DNA from: Octopus sinensis
Taxonomy: Eukaryota
Assembly (NCBI RefSeq): GCF_006345805.1
Contig: NC_042997.1
Span: 34,410,001 to 34,474,000 of the forward strand
DNA length: 64,000 nt
Reading direction: 5' to 3'
Each line of letters begins with the position of its first letter. Position 1 is the first letter of the stretch. Below the pieces are notes generated by a model. It worked only from the letters and a program-made list of their open reading frames with translations. It was not told the DNA's origin and did not search any database. Below are positions 11,100 through 22,902 of this stretch, piece after piece. A program made the translations under genes and the position numbers.

Positions 11100-12110
11100 T
11101 TTTAGTTTCAGTCTGAAGTCTGTGATCATGCCGGGGCATCGCCGTTAGCTTTGCTACACTTTCAGTGAACCTCCTCTGATATAAAACATTTGGTGGATGA
11201 GGTAGTTTGACGTTGCTTCCCTCATCTGTCTTTCTAGCTGCGAGGTAGGTTCATCCGGGATTCTTGACAGAAGGCGATCCAGTTTTGTTTTGCAAACGCC
11301 TTTATCTGCGCCATGCAGGTCTCTCGGCCTTTGTGTGGAGATACTGAAAAGCTGTAGGCCCTTGAAGTCTAAACTGTTACAGTATCTGGTCCTGTATCCT
11401 GATGACAACGTTGTGATTTTTGTTACTATGCAGTGGTACTCCGTTCTGTTGTTTATGTAACTGACAATGGCAAAGTTTAGTACAAGTTTATCTGGCACTT
11501 TCTAGATGTATATTACTGCATACCTGTCCCGCCACAGTTCTAAGGAGTAGAGTCTTAACATTTTCATTCCTTCCTTGTAGCTAATATGACGCACTGTGTC
11601 GATCTTTGTGTGGCTTCGCTGGATGGCCTCGAGTTCCATTGTTAATTTTGCGCTGTTTGATGTCCACAGTTGGGAGCAATAATCCAAACGACTGAGGACG
11701 AAAATCCTCCAGAGGGGACCGTCATGGTGTCCTTTTCTTTCGTTTTGAGTTCGAAGGGTCCATCCGGTCAAGCTTCTACATTTTATTGCCAACTTCGTAA
11801 TATGCGCATGCAAAGATGCATCATTACATATGTCGATGCCCAGGTAACGCACTGAGTTTGATTCAGGGATTGCAGTCGCTCTTGGGTTAGTTTATGCTGT
11901 CTGCTTTTGATTGAGCTTCATGTGTTGATAGTACAGGGCTAGGAATTTTCCAACATCAAATTGCAGATGCACAATGTTTCCAAGGTTTTGTATCATCTGA
12001 TAGATTTTTGTATCGTCTGCATAGTTAGCATGAGTAGCTGAGGGCATATCAGAGAGAGCTTCTCCGAATAGCAGCAGATCCAAGACAGTGCCGTGTGGAA
12101 CACCACTCAT
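11100..12110 (-). mobile_element. CR1-clade LINE, 3' part (RT to 3' UTR), degenerate
   Basis: SGVPHGTVLDLLLF...NYADDTKIY, YLGIDI, SRLDYCSQLW, LRLYSLE, KLDRLLSRIPDEP. Confidence 0.88.
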
Positions 12111-12617
12111 TATTTGTGTTCCGTTTTCTGTAGAAAATTACGTCTGACAGAAGAATTTCTTGACAAAGAGAATAACAATGAATCAACAATGCGGGATAAA
12201 AACAGCTACAACCCTGCAAAGGGCAGAAACAAAACTCTAGACAAATTTCGTGATTACATAACAACTTTCCCTTACAATGAACTACCACAACCTAAAACTA
12301 AATCCATTACCAGTCGAAGGAAATGGGGATCATCCACGAGTTAAAAATCAAAAATGACATCATAACTAAGGAAGCAGATAAGGGAAGTGCTGTGGTAATT
12401 ATGGATACCAAACACTACAAAAATTCTGTATCTCACTTCTTACAAGATACTACCTACTATCAAAGAGTAGAACTACTGCCGACAGTCAAAAACGATGACC
12501 AAACTAAACGCACCCATTTGCCAAAATCAAATAATTTAATGAAAAATGAATGCAACTATTTAACACGTTTCGAATGCAAAAACAAAATTCTAAAAAAAAT
12601 CAACAGGAGAAAAATAC
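12110..12617 (+). mobile_element. Penelope-like element fragment (N-terminal/DKG region)
   Basis: NDIITKEADKGSAVVIMDTKHY...FLQDTTYY: the PLE-characteristic DKG motif. Confidence 0.85.
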
Positions 12618-13460
12618 TTACATTTGACGGATATTTATCCTCATCTTCTTTGTTGTTAACACAATGTTTCGGCTGGTGTCTTGGGGAAATTTCGAACCTG
12701 GGTTCTCATTGCTAAGGTATTTTCGATGTTGTTGTTGTTATTAATATTATTATTATTAGTATTATTATTCAGTTCACTGCTTGGAACCGAACTCGGGGTT
12801 AGTAGCCCGCGTTTTACCCACTACGCCATATGCCTGTGGGTAATTATGGAGTGAATTTTAGGGCTTATAAATCTAATATTCTCCTATCCTTCCTTAAAAC
12901 CGGTTCCCATATGTTGTTCATATCTGCACTCGGTCTGCTTTGGAGGTTGTTGCGTCCTAGCATATGTGCTGCTTCTTTTAGTTTTCGTATTTTCCAGTGA
13001 TGTTCTCTGTTTATGATTTTAACTACATCGCACAAGTGGAGGTGGTCTCTATTTTTCCATACATGATCAGCTCTACTCGATTTATCATTATCTCCTCGTG
13101 TCACAGCATTGCGATGTTCTCTACCCTTATTTTGTGGGGACGGTATGTTTCATCCTTGTATAACCTACCAGAGCTGCATGGGATGGAGTACACGCAGTTC
13201 TTGGTCATATTCTCTTCTATTGGTGGTTTTACTCGGAGATATTTGTGAAGTGTTGTATTACTTCTGAATACTGTCCTCATGTCATATGGGCCACATATCT
13301 TTTGTATCTTTTCGGAGAGGCCTTTTACTTAGGGTAGACAGACTGTGGAGAGTTTATCGGTTTCATCCACCCTTTTCTTCATAATTGAAGAGGAGAGTAT
13401 GCTTTTGGAGTAGTTGCTTAAGAGATTGTTACTGAGCTTGATCATTTCTTCGTGGTGGTT
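12618..13460 (-). mobile_element. Penelope-like element 3' part: GIY-YIG endonuclease followed by a tRNA-like head, microsatellite and partly deleted hammerhead
   Basis: TVCLP.VKGLSEKI...NCVYSIPCSSGRLYKDET and KIINREHHWKIRKLKEAAHM, stop at 12865. Then A box TGGCGTAGTGG (12828-12818), B-box-like GAGTTCGGTTCC, (AAT)/(AAC)n and ACACC-AGCCGAAACATTGTGT. Confidence 0.85.
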
Positions 13461-13639
13461 ACTATACAAAATGTGGGCGGTTACAAAATAAGTAAATCGC
13501 TTGAAAAATTGTGGAAATTTTTAATAAAACTGATGGTATCTCTGTTAATCCAAAAGAAGTAATGTTGCTTCTGCTAAATATTTATAAAAATATACATATG
13601 CTCATATTTTGAGTTTTATTTTTCCTGCTTGCATCAGCT

Positions 13640-14380
13640 ATTTGGATTACTGTTCCCAGCTGTAGTCACCACATACTGTAAAATTGACGGAACTCGAAGC
13701 ATTCCAGTGGAGCTACATTAGGAAGATCGATTTAATGTAACGTATCAACTACTGGAAGAGGCTGTAAAAGTTAAGACTCTACGCCCTAGAACAAAGACGA
13801 GAAAGATACGCAGTAATATACATCTGGAGAATCCTAGAAGAACTTTACCAAAGTTTGGCAATATTAGCAGAACGGAACACCACTGCATAGTACCAAAAAT
13901 CCCAGCATTATTATCACGATGAAGAGGCTGTAAAAGTTAAGACTCTACGCCCTAGAACAAAGACGAGAAAGATACGCAGTAATATACATCTGGAGAATCC
14001 TAGAAGAACTTTACCAAAGTTTGGCAATATTAGCAGAACGGAACACCACTGCATAGTACCAAAAATCCCAGCATTATTATCACGATATGGGACCAGATAC
14101 TTCAAGGGCTCACAGCTCTTCAATGTTTTCTCACAAACACCGAGAGACCTACATGGGGTAGATTTAGTCGACTTCAAAGCAAAACTGGGTGTTCTTCTGT
14201 CGAGAGTTCCGGATGAATCTACCTCGTGGCAAGAAACACGGATGAGGGCAGCATCATCAGACTCTCTCATTCACCAAATATCACTCATCAGAGAAGATTT
14301 AGTGAAAGCGTAGAAAAGCAAACGGAAAGTGACCCAGCATGGTTGCAGCTCACGAGTTGAAGTTAGAGAGAAAAGAAAAG
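13640..14380 (+). mobile_element. CR1-clade LINE 3' fragment, similar to the 11100-12110 family
   Basis: LDYCSQL, LRLYALEQRRERYAVIYIW, FKGSQLFN and RVPDEST match the 11.1-12.1 kb copy. Confidence 0.85.
13755..14086. repeat. Apparently perfect 166-bp tandem duplication inside the CR1 fragment
   Basis: GAAGAGGCTGTAAAAG starts at 13755 and 13921. Both units end in ...TTATCACGAT. Confidence 0.9.
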
Positions 14381-14588
14381 TAAATATATAAAGAAATCCT
14401 TTAATAAATCTTTAAAGATTCGCTACTATTGTTTCTGTACCAATTCTGTTTGCAACGCCAGTTTACGCAATATTCTAAGTGAAAATTTACGCAATGTTAG
14501 CAGTTTTATACACGCGGAAACACATACACACACGTATTATTTCGTATTAAATTACTTATCATATATATATACATGTGTATATATATAT

Positions 14589-15175
14589 GGCAGAAACATT
14601 AGCACGCCGGGCGAAATGCGTAGCCGTATTTCGTCTGCCGTTACGTTCTGAGTTCAAATTCCGCTGAGGTCGACCTTGCCTTTCATCCTTTCGGGGTCGA
14701 TAAATTAAGTACCAGTTACACACTGGGGTCGATATAATCGACTTAATCCGTTTGTCTGTCCTTGTTTGTCCCCTCTGTGTTTAGCCCCTTGTGGGTAGTA
14801 AAGAAATAGGTATTTCGTCTGCCGTTACGTTCTGAGTTCAAATTCCGCTGAGGTCGACTTTGCCTTTCATCCTTTCGGGGTCGATAAATTAAGTACCAGT
14901 TACACACTGGGATCGATATAATCGACTTAGTCCGTTTGTCTGTCCTTCTTTATCTCCTCTGTGTTTAGCCCCTTGTGGGTAGTAAAGAAATAGGTATTTC
15001 GTCTGCCGTTACGTTCTGAGTTCAAATTCCGCTGAGGTCGACTTTGCCTTTCATCCTTTCGGGGTCGATAAATGAAGTACCAGTTACACACTGGGGTCGA
15101 TATCATCGACTTAATCCGTTTGTCTGTCCTTGTTTCTCCCCTCTGTGTTTAGCCCCTTGTGGGTAGTAAAGAAAT
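14589..15175 (+). mobile_element. tRNA-derived Nin/Deu-domain-like SINE as a 3-unit tandem array (184-bp unit)
   Basis: Units start at 14626, 14810 and 14994. B-box-like GAGTTCAAATTCC. Core GCCTTTCATCCTTTCGGGGTCGATAAATTAAGTACCAG. Confidence 0.85.
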
Positions 15176-15919
15176 ATATATATATACATGTGTATGTATG
15201 TGTGTGTGTGCGTTTGTGAGTGTGAGTTTGAGTGTGTATGCGTTCATTTATGTAACCCATTTTGTATGATATGACACGTTTTGTATTTTATGAATGGACC
15301 CTTGCGCACAATAAAGAAGAGAACATTAGTAACACATTTATTCATTGAGTCATTTTTTTTTTTTTACTTCAGTATACTGTTCACAAAATGTCTGAGCATT
15401 CCACGTTCCTGTTTCATCTTCTCACTTATAACCCGATTTAAATCTTTGACCTATATCCCTCTCCTCAAACTACCTCTATCTAGCAATCTGTTTTACTTTC
15501 ATTATATTTCTTACTAGTTGTTTTTCTTTTGCTTTTCTTCACCCATCTTCTTTTCTTTAAGTTACTCCCTTATTTATCCTCCGCTACACTTTTACCATCG
15601 ATTTTTGTTTTCTTTCTCCGCGCAACTCTTTGTTTTTCTCGCTTTCTTTCAAATTCTTCTTCACCACCATCACCACCACCACCACCACAGTTAGTGGTTA
15701 TCTTCTGCTCTCACTTAGATATTTCTCTCTTTTCTTCACTGTTCTTTTATCTGTTCATCAATGTTATTTATTTTATCTTCAATCGATGTTATTTACTTCA
15801 CTTTCGAACGCTTTTGATGCATTTTTCTAAGCCATATCCAGAGCCCAAGTTTGTGAGACTTAAATAGAAATATATCTGTCTCAATCTGTCTCTCCCCCTC
15901 TCACTCACTGACTCACTGA

Positions 15920-15927
15920 CTCACTCA

Positions 15928-16020
<93 letters not shown>

Positions 16021-16035
16021 CATCCATCCATCCAC

Positions 16036-16097
<62 letters not shown>

Positions 16098-16541
16098 CTA
16101 TCTATCTATCTATCTATCCATGTGTATGTGTGTTTGTGGGGGGTATAGAAGGACCACGAACAGTGTGAGGGAGAAAGCACGTAGATAGGAAATATATATG
16201 AGCCGAAAGAGATGGGAAGAAACAAAGACGAGGTGCAAAGAGAACAAAGATAAATGATGAAAAGAAAACGTGAGTAGCCGGAAATATACTTGAAGACGAG
16301 TATATATATGTATATTACATACATACATTTACACACACACACACAGACACAGAAATACACACACAAATATATGGTAGATTACATACATGCATATTTGAAA
16401 GTGTTAGTGCAGGAAATAATTAGGCTACTATATTACACACACACACACACACATCTAAATACGTACATAAACAAATAAATATGCATATATACATCATATG
16501 CTTACACACATACATATCTATATCGGTTTGTCTGTCTGGTC

Positions 16542-16585
<44 letters not shown>

Positions 16586-16650
16586 CTCTATCTATCTATC
16601 TATCCGTCTATCTATCTATCTATCTATCTATCCGTCTATCCATCTATCTA

Positions 16651-16733
<83 letters not shown>

Positions 16734-16740
16734 ACAAATA
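15920..16740. repeat. Two long (TATC)n microsatellites (~15920-16115 and ~16545-16735) with (CA)n between
   Basis: Direct inspection. Confidence 0.95.
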
Positions 16741-17052
16741 GATATATCGTGAAAAAGGGTAGTGTTGTAGCGTACTTAAGTCTCTTCATCTCTCTCTTCA
16801 TACTCTTCCAATCTTCGTATCTTTCTTTTACTATTCCAATCCTCTTTCTCTATCTATTTCTCCCGTGACTTTTATTTTCTTCTATTTCACTGCGTTACTT
16901 ACAAATTTGAAAATTTTAAATAAAAGTTTTAAACTGCTAATTTAGGTACTTTTTCTTCTCCAACTTTATATTGGAGTTTTGGAAATATCTTTTCTTATTT
17001 TCATTTTGCCTAAATTAGAAACCAATTATGATTATTATTATCATTATTATTA

Positions 17053-17089
<37 letters not shown>

Positions 17090-18006
17090 TATTCGTTTTT
17101 TAAAAATTCCATTGCTTTCGATCTGTTTCTAGTTTGCTTTTTCTTGTCTTTTGCCATTTCTATTCTTCCATTTTTCTATGAATTGTTTTTATTCTCTTCA
17201 AGAAAATTCAATTATATATTCGTTAAGGTTTGTATCGACAAAATGAAAACCAAACCAAAACAAATAAATTAACAATAAGAAAACAAACAGATGCAAACAA
17301 ACCAACGTACAACAATTGAAAAAAAAAAGAATCACATAAACAAACAACGATTGCAAAAGAAACAAAATAAAATAAAATAGACCGAAAGGAAAAAAATTCA
17401 AAAATCCTTCCCCCCCACACGCACGCACGCACGCGCGCACACACACACGGACAAACACACACACACATACACACACAAGCAACCACTAGTAAAATGAGTT
17501 GATCTTACGTCGTTTTCAACGATGACTGTTTCAGCTGTTCGCTTAAGAGAGCAACATATTGATTCTATTTTATAAGGTACGTTGATGAGTTCAAATATTT
17601 GTACCATTTATTTAATCAATACTCAGGCCCAAACTCTGTGAAACGGTGTATTTAAGCCTGAGATTTTGAATTACATGCTGACCCTAAGTGACAAGCTTCC
17701 ACCCATTGTCCAGCCAATTTAAATCGGATATGGTAGAAAAAACTTACCCAAGAACGTTATGACCTTTAACACAAAATATTTACTCCTATTAGCCAGAAAC
17801 ACTTCCAAAAAACCAAAAATTATTTCATGAATTATTCACCTGGAAGATATAGCATATTCTAAAAGTAAGATAATTTCTTTGCAAAACTACAGAATTCTTC
17901 AACAAAATAAATCGAACACGGTACCTCTTAATCACGAAATGCTAACGTGTTAAACATTCAGACACGTCTAAACAGGAGGCCGAAAAACGTTACACAAATA
18001 TGTATT

Positions 18007-18392
18007 AGTGGAAGCACTTCGTCGGTTGCGACGACGAGGGTTCCGGTTGATCCGAATCAATGGAACAGCCTGCTCGTGAAACTAACGTGTAAGTGGCTGA
18101 GTACTCCACAGACACGTGTACCCTTAACGTAGTTCTCGGGGATATTCAGCGTGACACAGAGAGTGACAAGGCCGGCCCTTTGAAATACAGGTACAACAGA
18201 AACAGGAAGTAAGAGTGTGAGAAAGTTGTGGTGAAAGAGTACAGCAGGGATCACCAACATCCCCTGCCGGAGCCGCGTTGAGCTTTAGGTGTTTTCGCTC
18301 AATAAACACTCACAACGCCCGGTCTGGGAATCGAAACAGCGATCCTACGACCGCGAGTTCGCTGCCCTAACCACTGGGCCATTGCGCCTCCA
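18007..18392 (-). mobile_element. tRNA-derived SINE (octopus OR-like family), copy 1
   Basis: Minus head GGAGGCGCAATGGCCCAGTGGTTAGGGCAGCG...GTTTCGATTCCCAG (A and B boxes). Same family as 34134-34500. Confidence 0.88.
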
Positions 18393-18578
18393 CATTTCAT
18401 AAATTATTCACCTGGAAGAAAAAGCATATTCTAAAAGAAAGATAATTTCTTTGCAAAACTACAGAATTCTTCAACAAAATGAATCGAACACGGTACCTCT
18501 TAATCACGAAATGCTAACGTGTTAAACATTCAGACACGTCTAAACAGGAGGCCGAAAAACGTTACACAAATATGTATT

Positions 18579-18958
18579 AGTGGAAGCACTTCGTCGGTTA
18601 CGACGACGAGGGTTCCGGTTGATCCGAATCAACGGAACAGCCTGCTCGTGAAATTAACGTGTAAGTGGCTGAGCACTCCACAGACACGTGTACCCTTAAC
18701 GTAGTTCTCGGGGATATTCAACGTGACACAGAGAGTGACAAGGCCGGCCCTTTGAAATACAGGTACAACAGAAACAGGAAGTAAGAGAAAGTTGTGGTGA
18801 AAGAGTACAGCAGGGATCACCACCATCCCCTGCCGGAGCCGCGTGGAGCTTTAGGTATTTTCGCTCAATAAACACTCACAACGACCGGTCTGGGAATCGA
18901 AACCGCGATCCTATGACCGCGAGTCCGCTGCCCTAACCACTGGGCCATTGCGCCTCCA
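18579..18958 (-). mobile_element. tRNA-derived SINE (OR-like), copy 2
   Basis: As copy 1. Flanked by ATGTATTAG on both sides (probable TSD). Confidence 0.88.
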
Positions 18959-19132
18959 TGTATTAGTAGTTATAATTTTAAAGAATTGGATTGCGATTAT
19001 GTGTCGTTCATTTTAAGTGAAATTGGGAACTAATGAGACGAGAAATAGACTTTACGTTCAGATTTACGGGTTAAATTCTTCTACAACACCGTTACACTGA
19101 TATATAACGTCTACTTAGACATACAAACACGT

Positions 19133-19392
19133 ATATATATATATATACATATATATATTATATATATATATAATATATATATACATATATACATATATAT
19201 ATATAACATATATATATATATATTATATACATATATATTATATATAATACATATATTATATATATACATATATATATATATATATACATATATACATATA
19301 TATATATATACATATATATATTATATATATACATATATATACATATATACTATATATATATATATATACATATATACATATATTACATATAT

Positions 19393-19438
<46 letters not shown>

Positions 19439-19727
19439 ATACAATATACATATACATTATATATACATATACATATATATTATATATACATAACATATTA
19501 TATATACTATAATATATACATTAATACATATACATATATATACATATACATATATAAATATACATATACATATATATATACATAAATATATATATATACA
19601 TAGACATATATATATAATATATACATTATATATATATATACATAGACATATATAATATACATATATACATATAATATATAATACATATATATAATATAAT
19701 ATACATATATATAATATATATACATAC

Positions 19728-19759
<32 letters not shown>

Positions 19760-19778
19760 TACATCTATATATATATAC

Positions 19779-19811
<33 letters not shown>

Positions 19812-19947
19812 CATTATATTATATATACATTATATTATATACTATATATATATATATATACATATATATAACATATATATAATATATATATATATACATA
19901 TATAATATATACATATATATATATAATATACATATATATATACCTAA

Positions 19948-19984
<37 letters not shown>

Positions 19985-20076
19985 TACATATATATATACT
20001 ATATATATACATATATATATAGATATTATTATACATATATATATACATATATATATATAATATATATATATATACA

Positions 20077-20110
<34 letters not shown>

Positions 20111-20150
20111 CTAATATTATATATATTATATATATATATATATACTATAC
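19133..20150. repeat. ~1-kb interrupted (TA)n/(TATACA)n tract
   Basis: Direct inspection. Confidence 0.95.
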
Positions 20151-20629
20151 ACACACACATATAGTGTCAGTGACCAAGTTATGGGCACAGAACGTTAAAA
20201 CGATATTTGGACAGTTTGTATCACATAGCAAGATAAAACTGAATATAATGCTACATATATATATATTTCAAATAACTATCATAACTCTTTCACGATGTAA
20301 TTGTTTCAGATTTAACACGCACTATCAGTTCAGTTTGTGCAACACCTAAATCGCGGCTTCTCTCTATTTGTGTCTGTTTTTCACTTCTTTCCCCTTTCTC
20401 TCTTCAAACACCACACACACACACATACATACACGTACACAAATATACACATATATATACGCACACATACATACAAACACACGCACATACATACACACAT
20501 ATATGTATATACATATATAACCTCCTTTCTGTGTCATACATATGACGTTAGTTTTCATAGACGTTCATGCTCTCCTGTCCTTCATAGGCCTTCATCGTTT
20601 CATATATATATTTATATATATATATATAT

Positions 20630-21150
20630 ATGTTCGACATTAACACATCCCTTAAGGACATACCAATACCACTGAAAGAAACCTTCCTTAAGGAAATTGT
20701 TAACAAAACAAATGCATTTATCAACCGCATCAGATGGCTCGCCTTCTTCCACGATAATGAGGACATGAAACGGAACAATATCGATTTTAAAGAAACACTC
20801 ATTATCGCTATGGACTCCGTGTGGGCAGTCATCTAAAAGTTTTTGTTATCATGATGCTGACATAAGTTCCTGGTCTTTCCTGATGAGAAGGCGCATAAGC
20901 ACCCTTATTCCTTCGAAATTAGGAATATGCAGCCTTCGAATCATATGTCGAGAATAAAGGAATTGTTTGAAATCGTCGTTCAACTCCATTCTTTATTATT
21001 TGTATTAAAAAAAAACACAAATTTCCACACGAAAGCACGTGATCTCTACCCTTGGCATGTAGCTTCAACCGTGTTTTTCTGACGTGGAATTTGCTACCCG
21101 GGTATCGGTTAACCGAATTATCCATACTAGGATAATTCATTCAACTACTT
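20630..21150 (+). mobile_element. PLE (SLKNIP/DKT type): ORF N-terminus joined to a terminal repeat containing a hammerhead; bounded by (TA)n
   Basis: SLKDIPIP...FINRIRWLAFF...RYGLR resembles the PLE N-terminus seen at 47510. Hammerhead at 20876-20953. Confidence 0.75.
20876..20953 (+). ncRNA. Type I hammerhead ribozyme motif (this copy has GAAT instead of GAAA)
   Basis: Helix I TTTC/GAGA. Core CTGATGA at 20880-20886. Helix II GAAGGC/GCCTTC, extended by GCAT/ATGC and ATTCCT/AGGAAT. Then GAA(T), self-complementary CATATG and the GTC triplet at 20947-20949. The 6768 copy has GAAA. Confidence 0.75.
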
Positions 21151-21203
21151 AAATATATATATATATATATGTATGTACATATCTATATATACATATGTGT
21201 GTT

Positions 21204-21249
<46 letters not shown>

Positions 21250-21269
21250 GTGTGTAGGTATGTACAAAT

Positions 21270-21490
21270 TCTTTAACAAGGGGTTATACAAAGGACGATC
21301 AGTAAATTATATTTTTTCGACCTTTTCCCCTCTCAGATTCACACAGTTATTGCAGCGAACCACCAGTCTTTGTAAGCTCTGTAAAAGAAATCGGAAGTTT
21401 GGGCCTCCATCCAGGCCTTTCGTGATACCATTAAAGCAGGAACTTTTTAGCGCCCCTTTGTATATTAAGAAAAAGGAAGAAGCCAAGATT
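21270..21490 (-). mobile_element. Mariner/Tc1 transposase C-terminal remnant
   Basis: FLLQSLQRLVVRCNNCVNLRGEKVEK resembles the mariner end I..L..RW.KC....G.Y.EK. Confidence 0.45.
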
Positions 21491-21861
21491 TTGATAAAAA
21501 CTATATATTTAGCGCTTTGGTCTCTTTCAGGCATTCAGTATATGAATGTGTGTAATTGTGTGTTAGTTAACAAAATATTTCATTAAAACCAAATGTTTCG
21601 GGCAATTGAATTTGAATTCAATTATACTAAATTATGACAACAAATATACGACATAATACTGTTTACCGACAAACAATTATTGCAGACGTTAGGACAAGAA
21701 TATACATACGCACAAAAAATAACAATCAGTCGATGTGAATCTATGTCACTTTCTCTGTTTTCTATCCTTCAGGTAAACTCGTTGACTTACCCACTCGGGA
21801 AATCATGCTATTTACAGAACTGCATACACTGAATCCAGAGTAATACCAAATATTTTATAGT

Positions 21862-22132
21862 GGAGACACATGGCCTAGTGGTTAGAGCAGCGGACTCACG
21901 GGTTCGAATCTCAGACCGGGCAATGTGTGTTTATGAGCGTAACACCTAAGCTCCACGCGGCTCCGGCAGAAGGTAATGGCGAACTTCTGCTGACTCTTTC
22001 GCCACAACTCCTGCATCTTGCAGCTCACCTGCGTGGGACCGGTGTCCCGTCCAGGTGGGGAACCTATACGCCAAGGAAACCGGGAAACCGGCCCTTATGA
22101 ACCAGATATGGCTCGAGAAGGAACAAACAAAC
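21862..22132 (+). mobile_element. tRNA-derived SINE (OR-like head, different 3' tail)
   Basis: TGGCCTAGTGGTTAG A box and GGTTCGAATCTC B box. ACACCTAAGCTCCAC...GGCTCCGGCAG is shared with the 34134 family. Confidence 0.8.
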
Positions 22133-22838
22133 CATTTATATGTAGAACTCGAACAACTGTAAGGGCTAAATATTAACTTCAACAGAAGGGAGATTAAAGC
22201 TCTTTATCCAATATTTTTCACACATACTTGTTGACTACAAATATACAGTTTTGATGGTAAAAACAATAAAAATAAATTTGAAAAAAAACAAACAAACAAA
22301 CAAAAGACAAAAAAAACTCCAGTCAAATAAATAAAGAAATTAAAAAGCATCAGAACACCGGGACTACAAAACGCATATTGTTCGTAGTATATATGTATGT
22401 GTGTGTATATAAGAACTTGGAAATACTCAGCGTTGCCGGAAATCTGAACATTAACAAGGAATTAAGCAGATGATATTTCCTTCACAATTTGGACAGTTAT
22501 GACCTTAAATCCGTATTAACATAATATCAGAAGTGTAACGTAATACCGAAGTTACAATTTCAGCGGGAATAAACCTCAGGAAATAACATGGTCAAGTTTG
22601 CAAACATGAGAATATAAATAACATTAGGATAGCTTATTGATTTGGACAATTCCTCAAACAAAGGAATTAAAAACTAGCACTAAACTATCTCCAAACATAT
22701 TAGAAAACCTTATCTACCACATAAATATAGACCATTTCACTGACATTTGTACATAGGTACTTGAAAACAAAATACGAAATGAAAGCATGAATAGCAAAAA
22801 AAGAAGAGATTTTATAACTATTCATTGTACTGTTTCCT

Positions 22839-22902
<64 letters not shown>

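Larger units (their letters stand above)
17822..18958. repeat. ~572-bp diverged tandem duplication (flank plus SINE)
   Basis: GTGTTAAACATTCAG and following sequence recur 572 bp apart. The copies differ by scattered substitutions and a 6-bp indel. Confidence 0.92.

Noticed and set aside
14626-15175. CRISPR-like array
   Set aside because: The units are full-length near-identical 184-bp SINE bodies with no unique spacers. The context is eukaryotic with no cas genes.
19256-20077. Tyr/Ile-rich ORFs
   Set aside because: Translations of (TA)n tracts.
20848-20890. SECIS element (AUGA...AA...UGAU) in the PLE 3' region
   Set aside because: The intervening stem does not pair adequately, and the sequence is better explained by the hammerhead.
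21774-21845. Plus-strand exon after a strong TTCCTTCAG acceptor-like site
   Set aside because: No good donor, short frames and no recognisable product.
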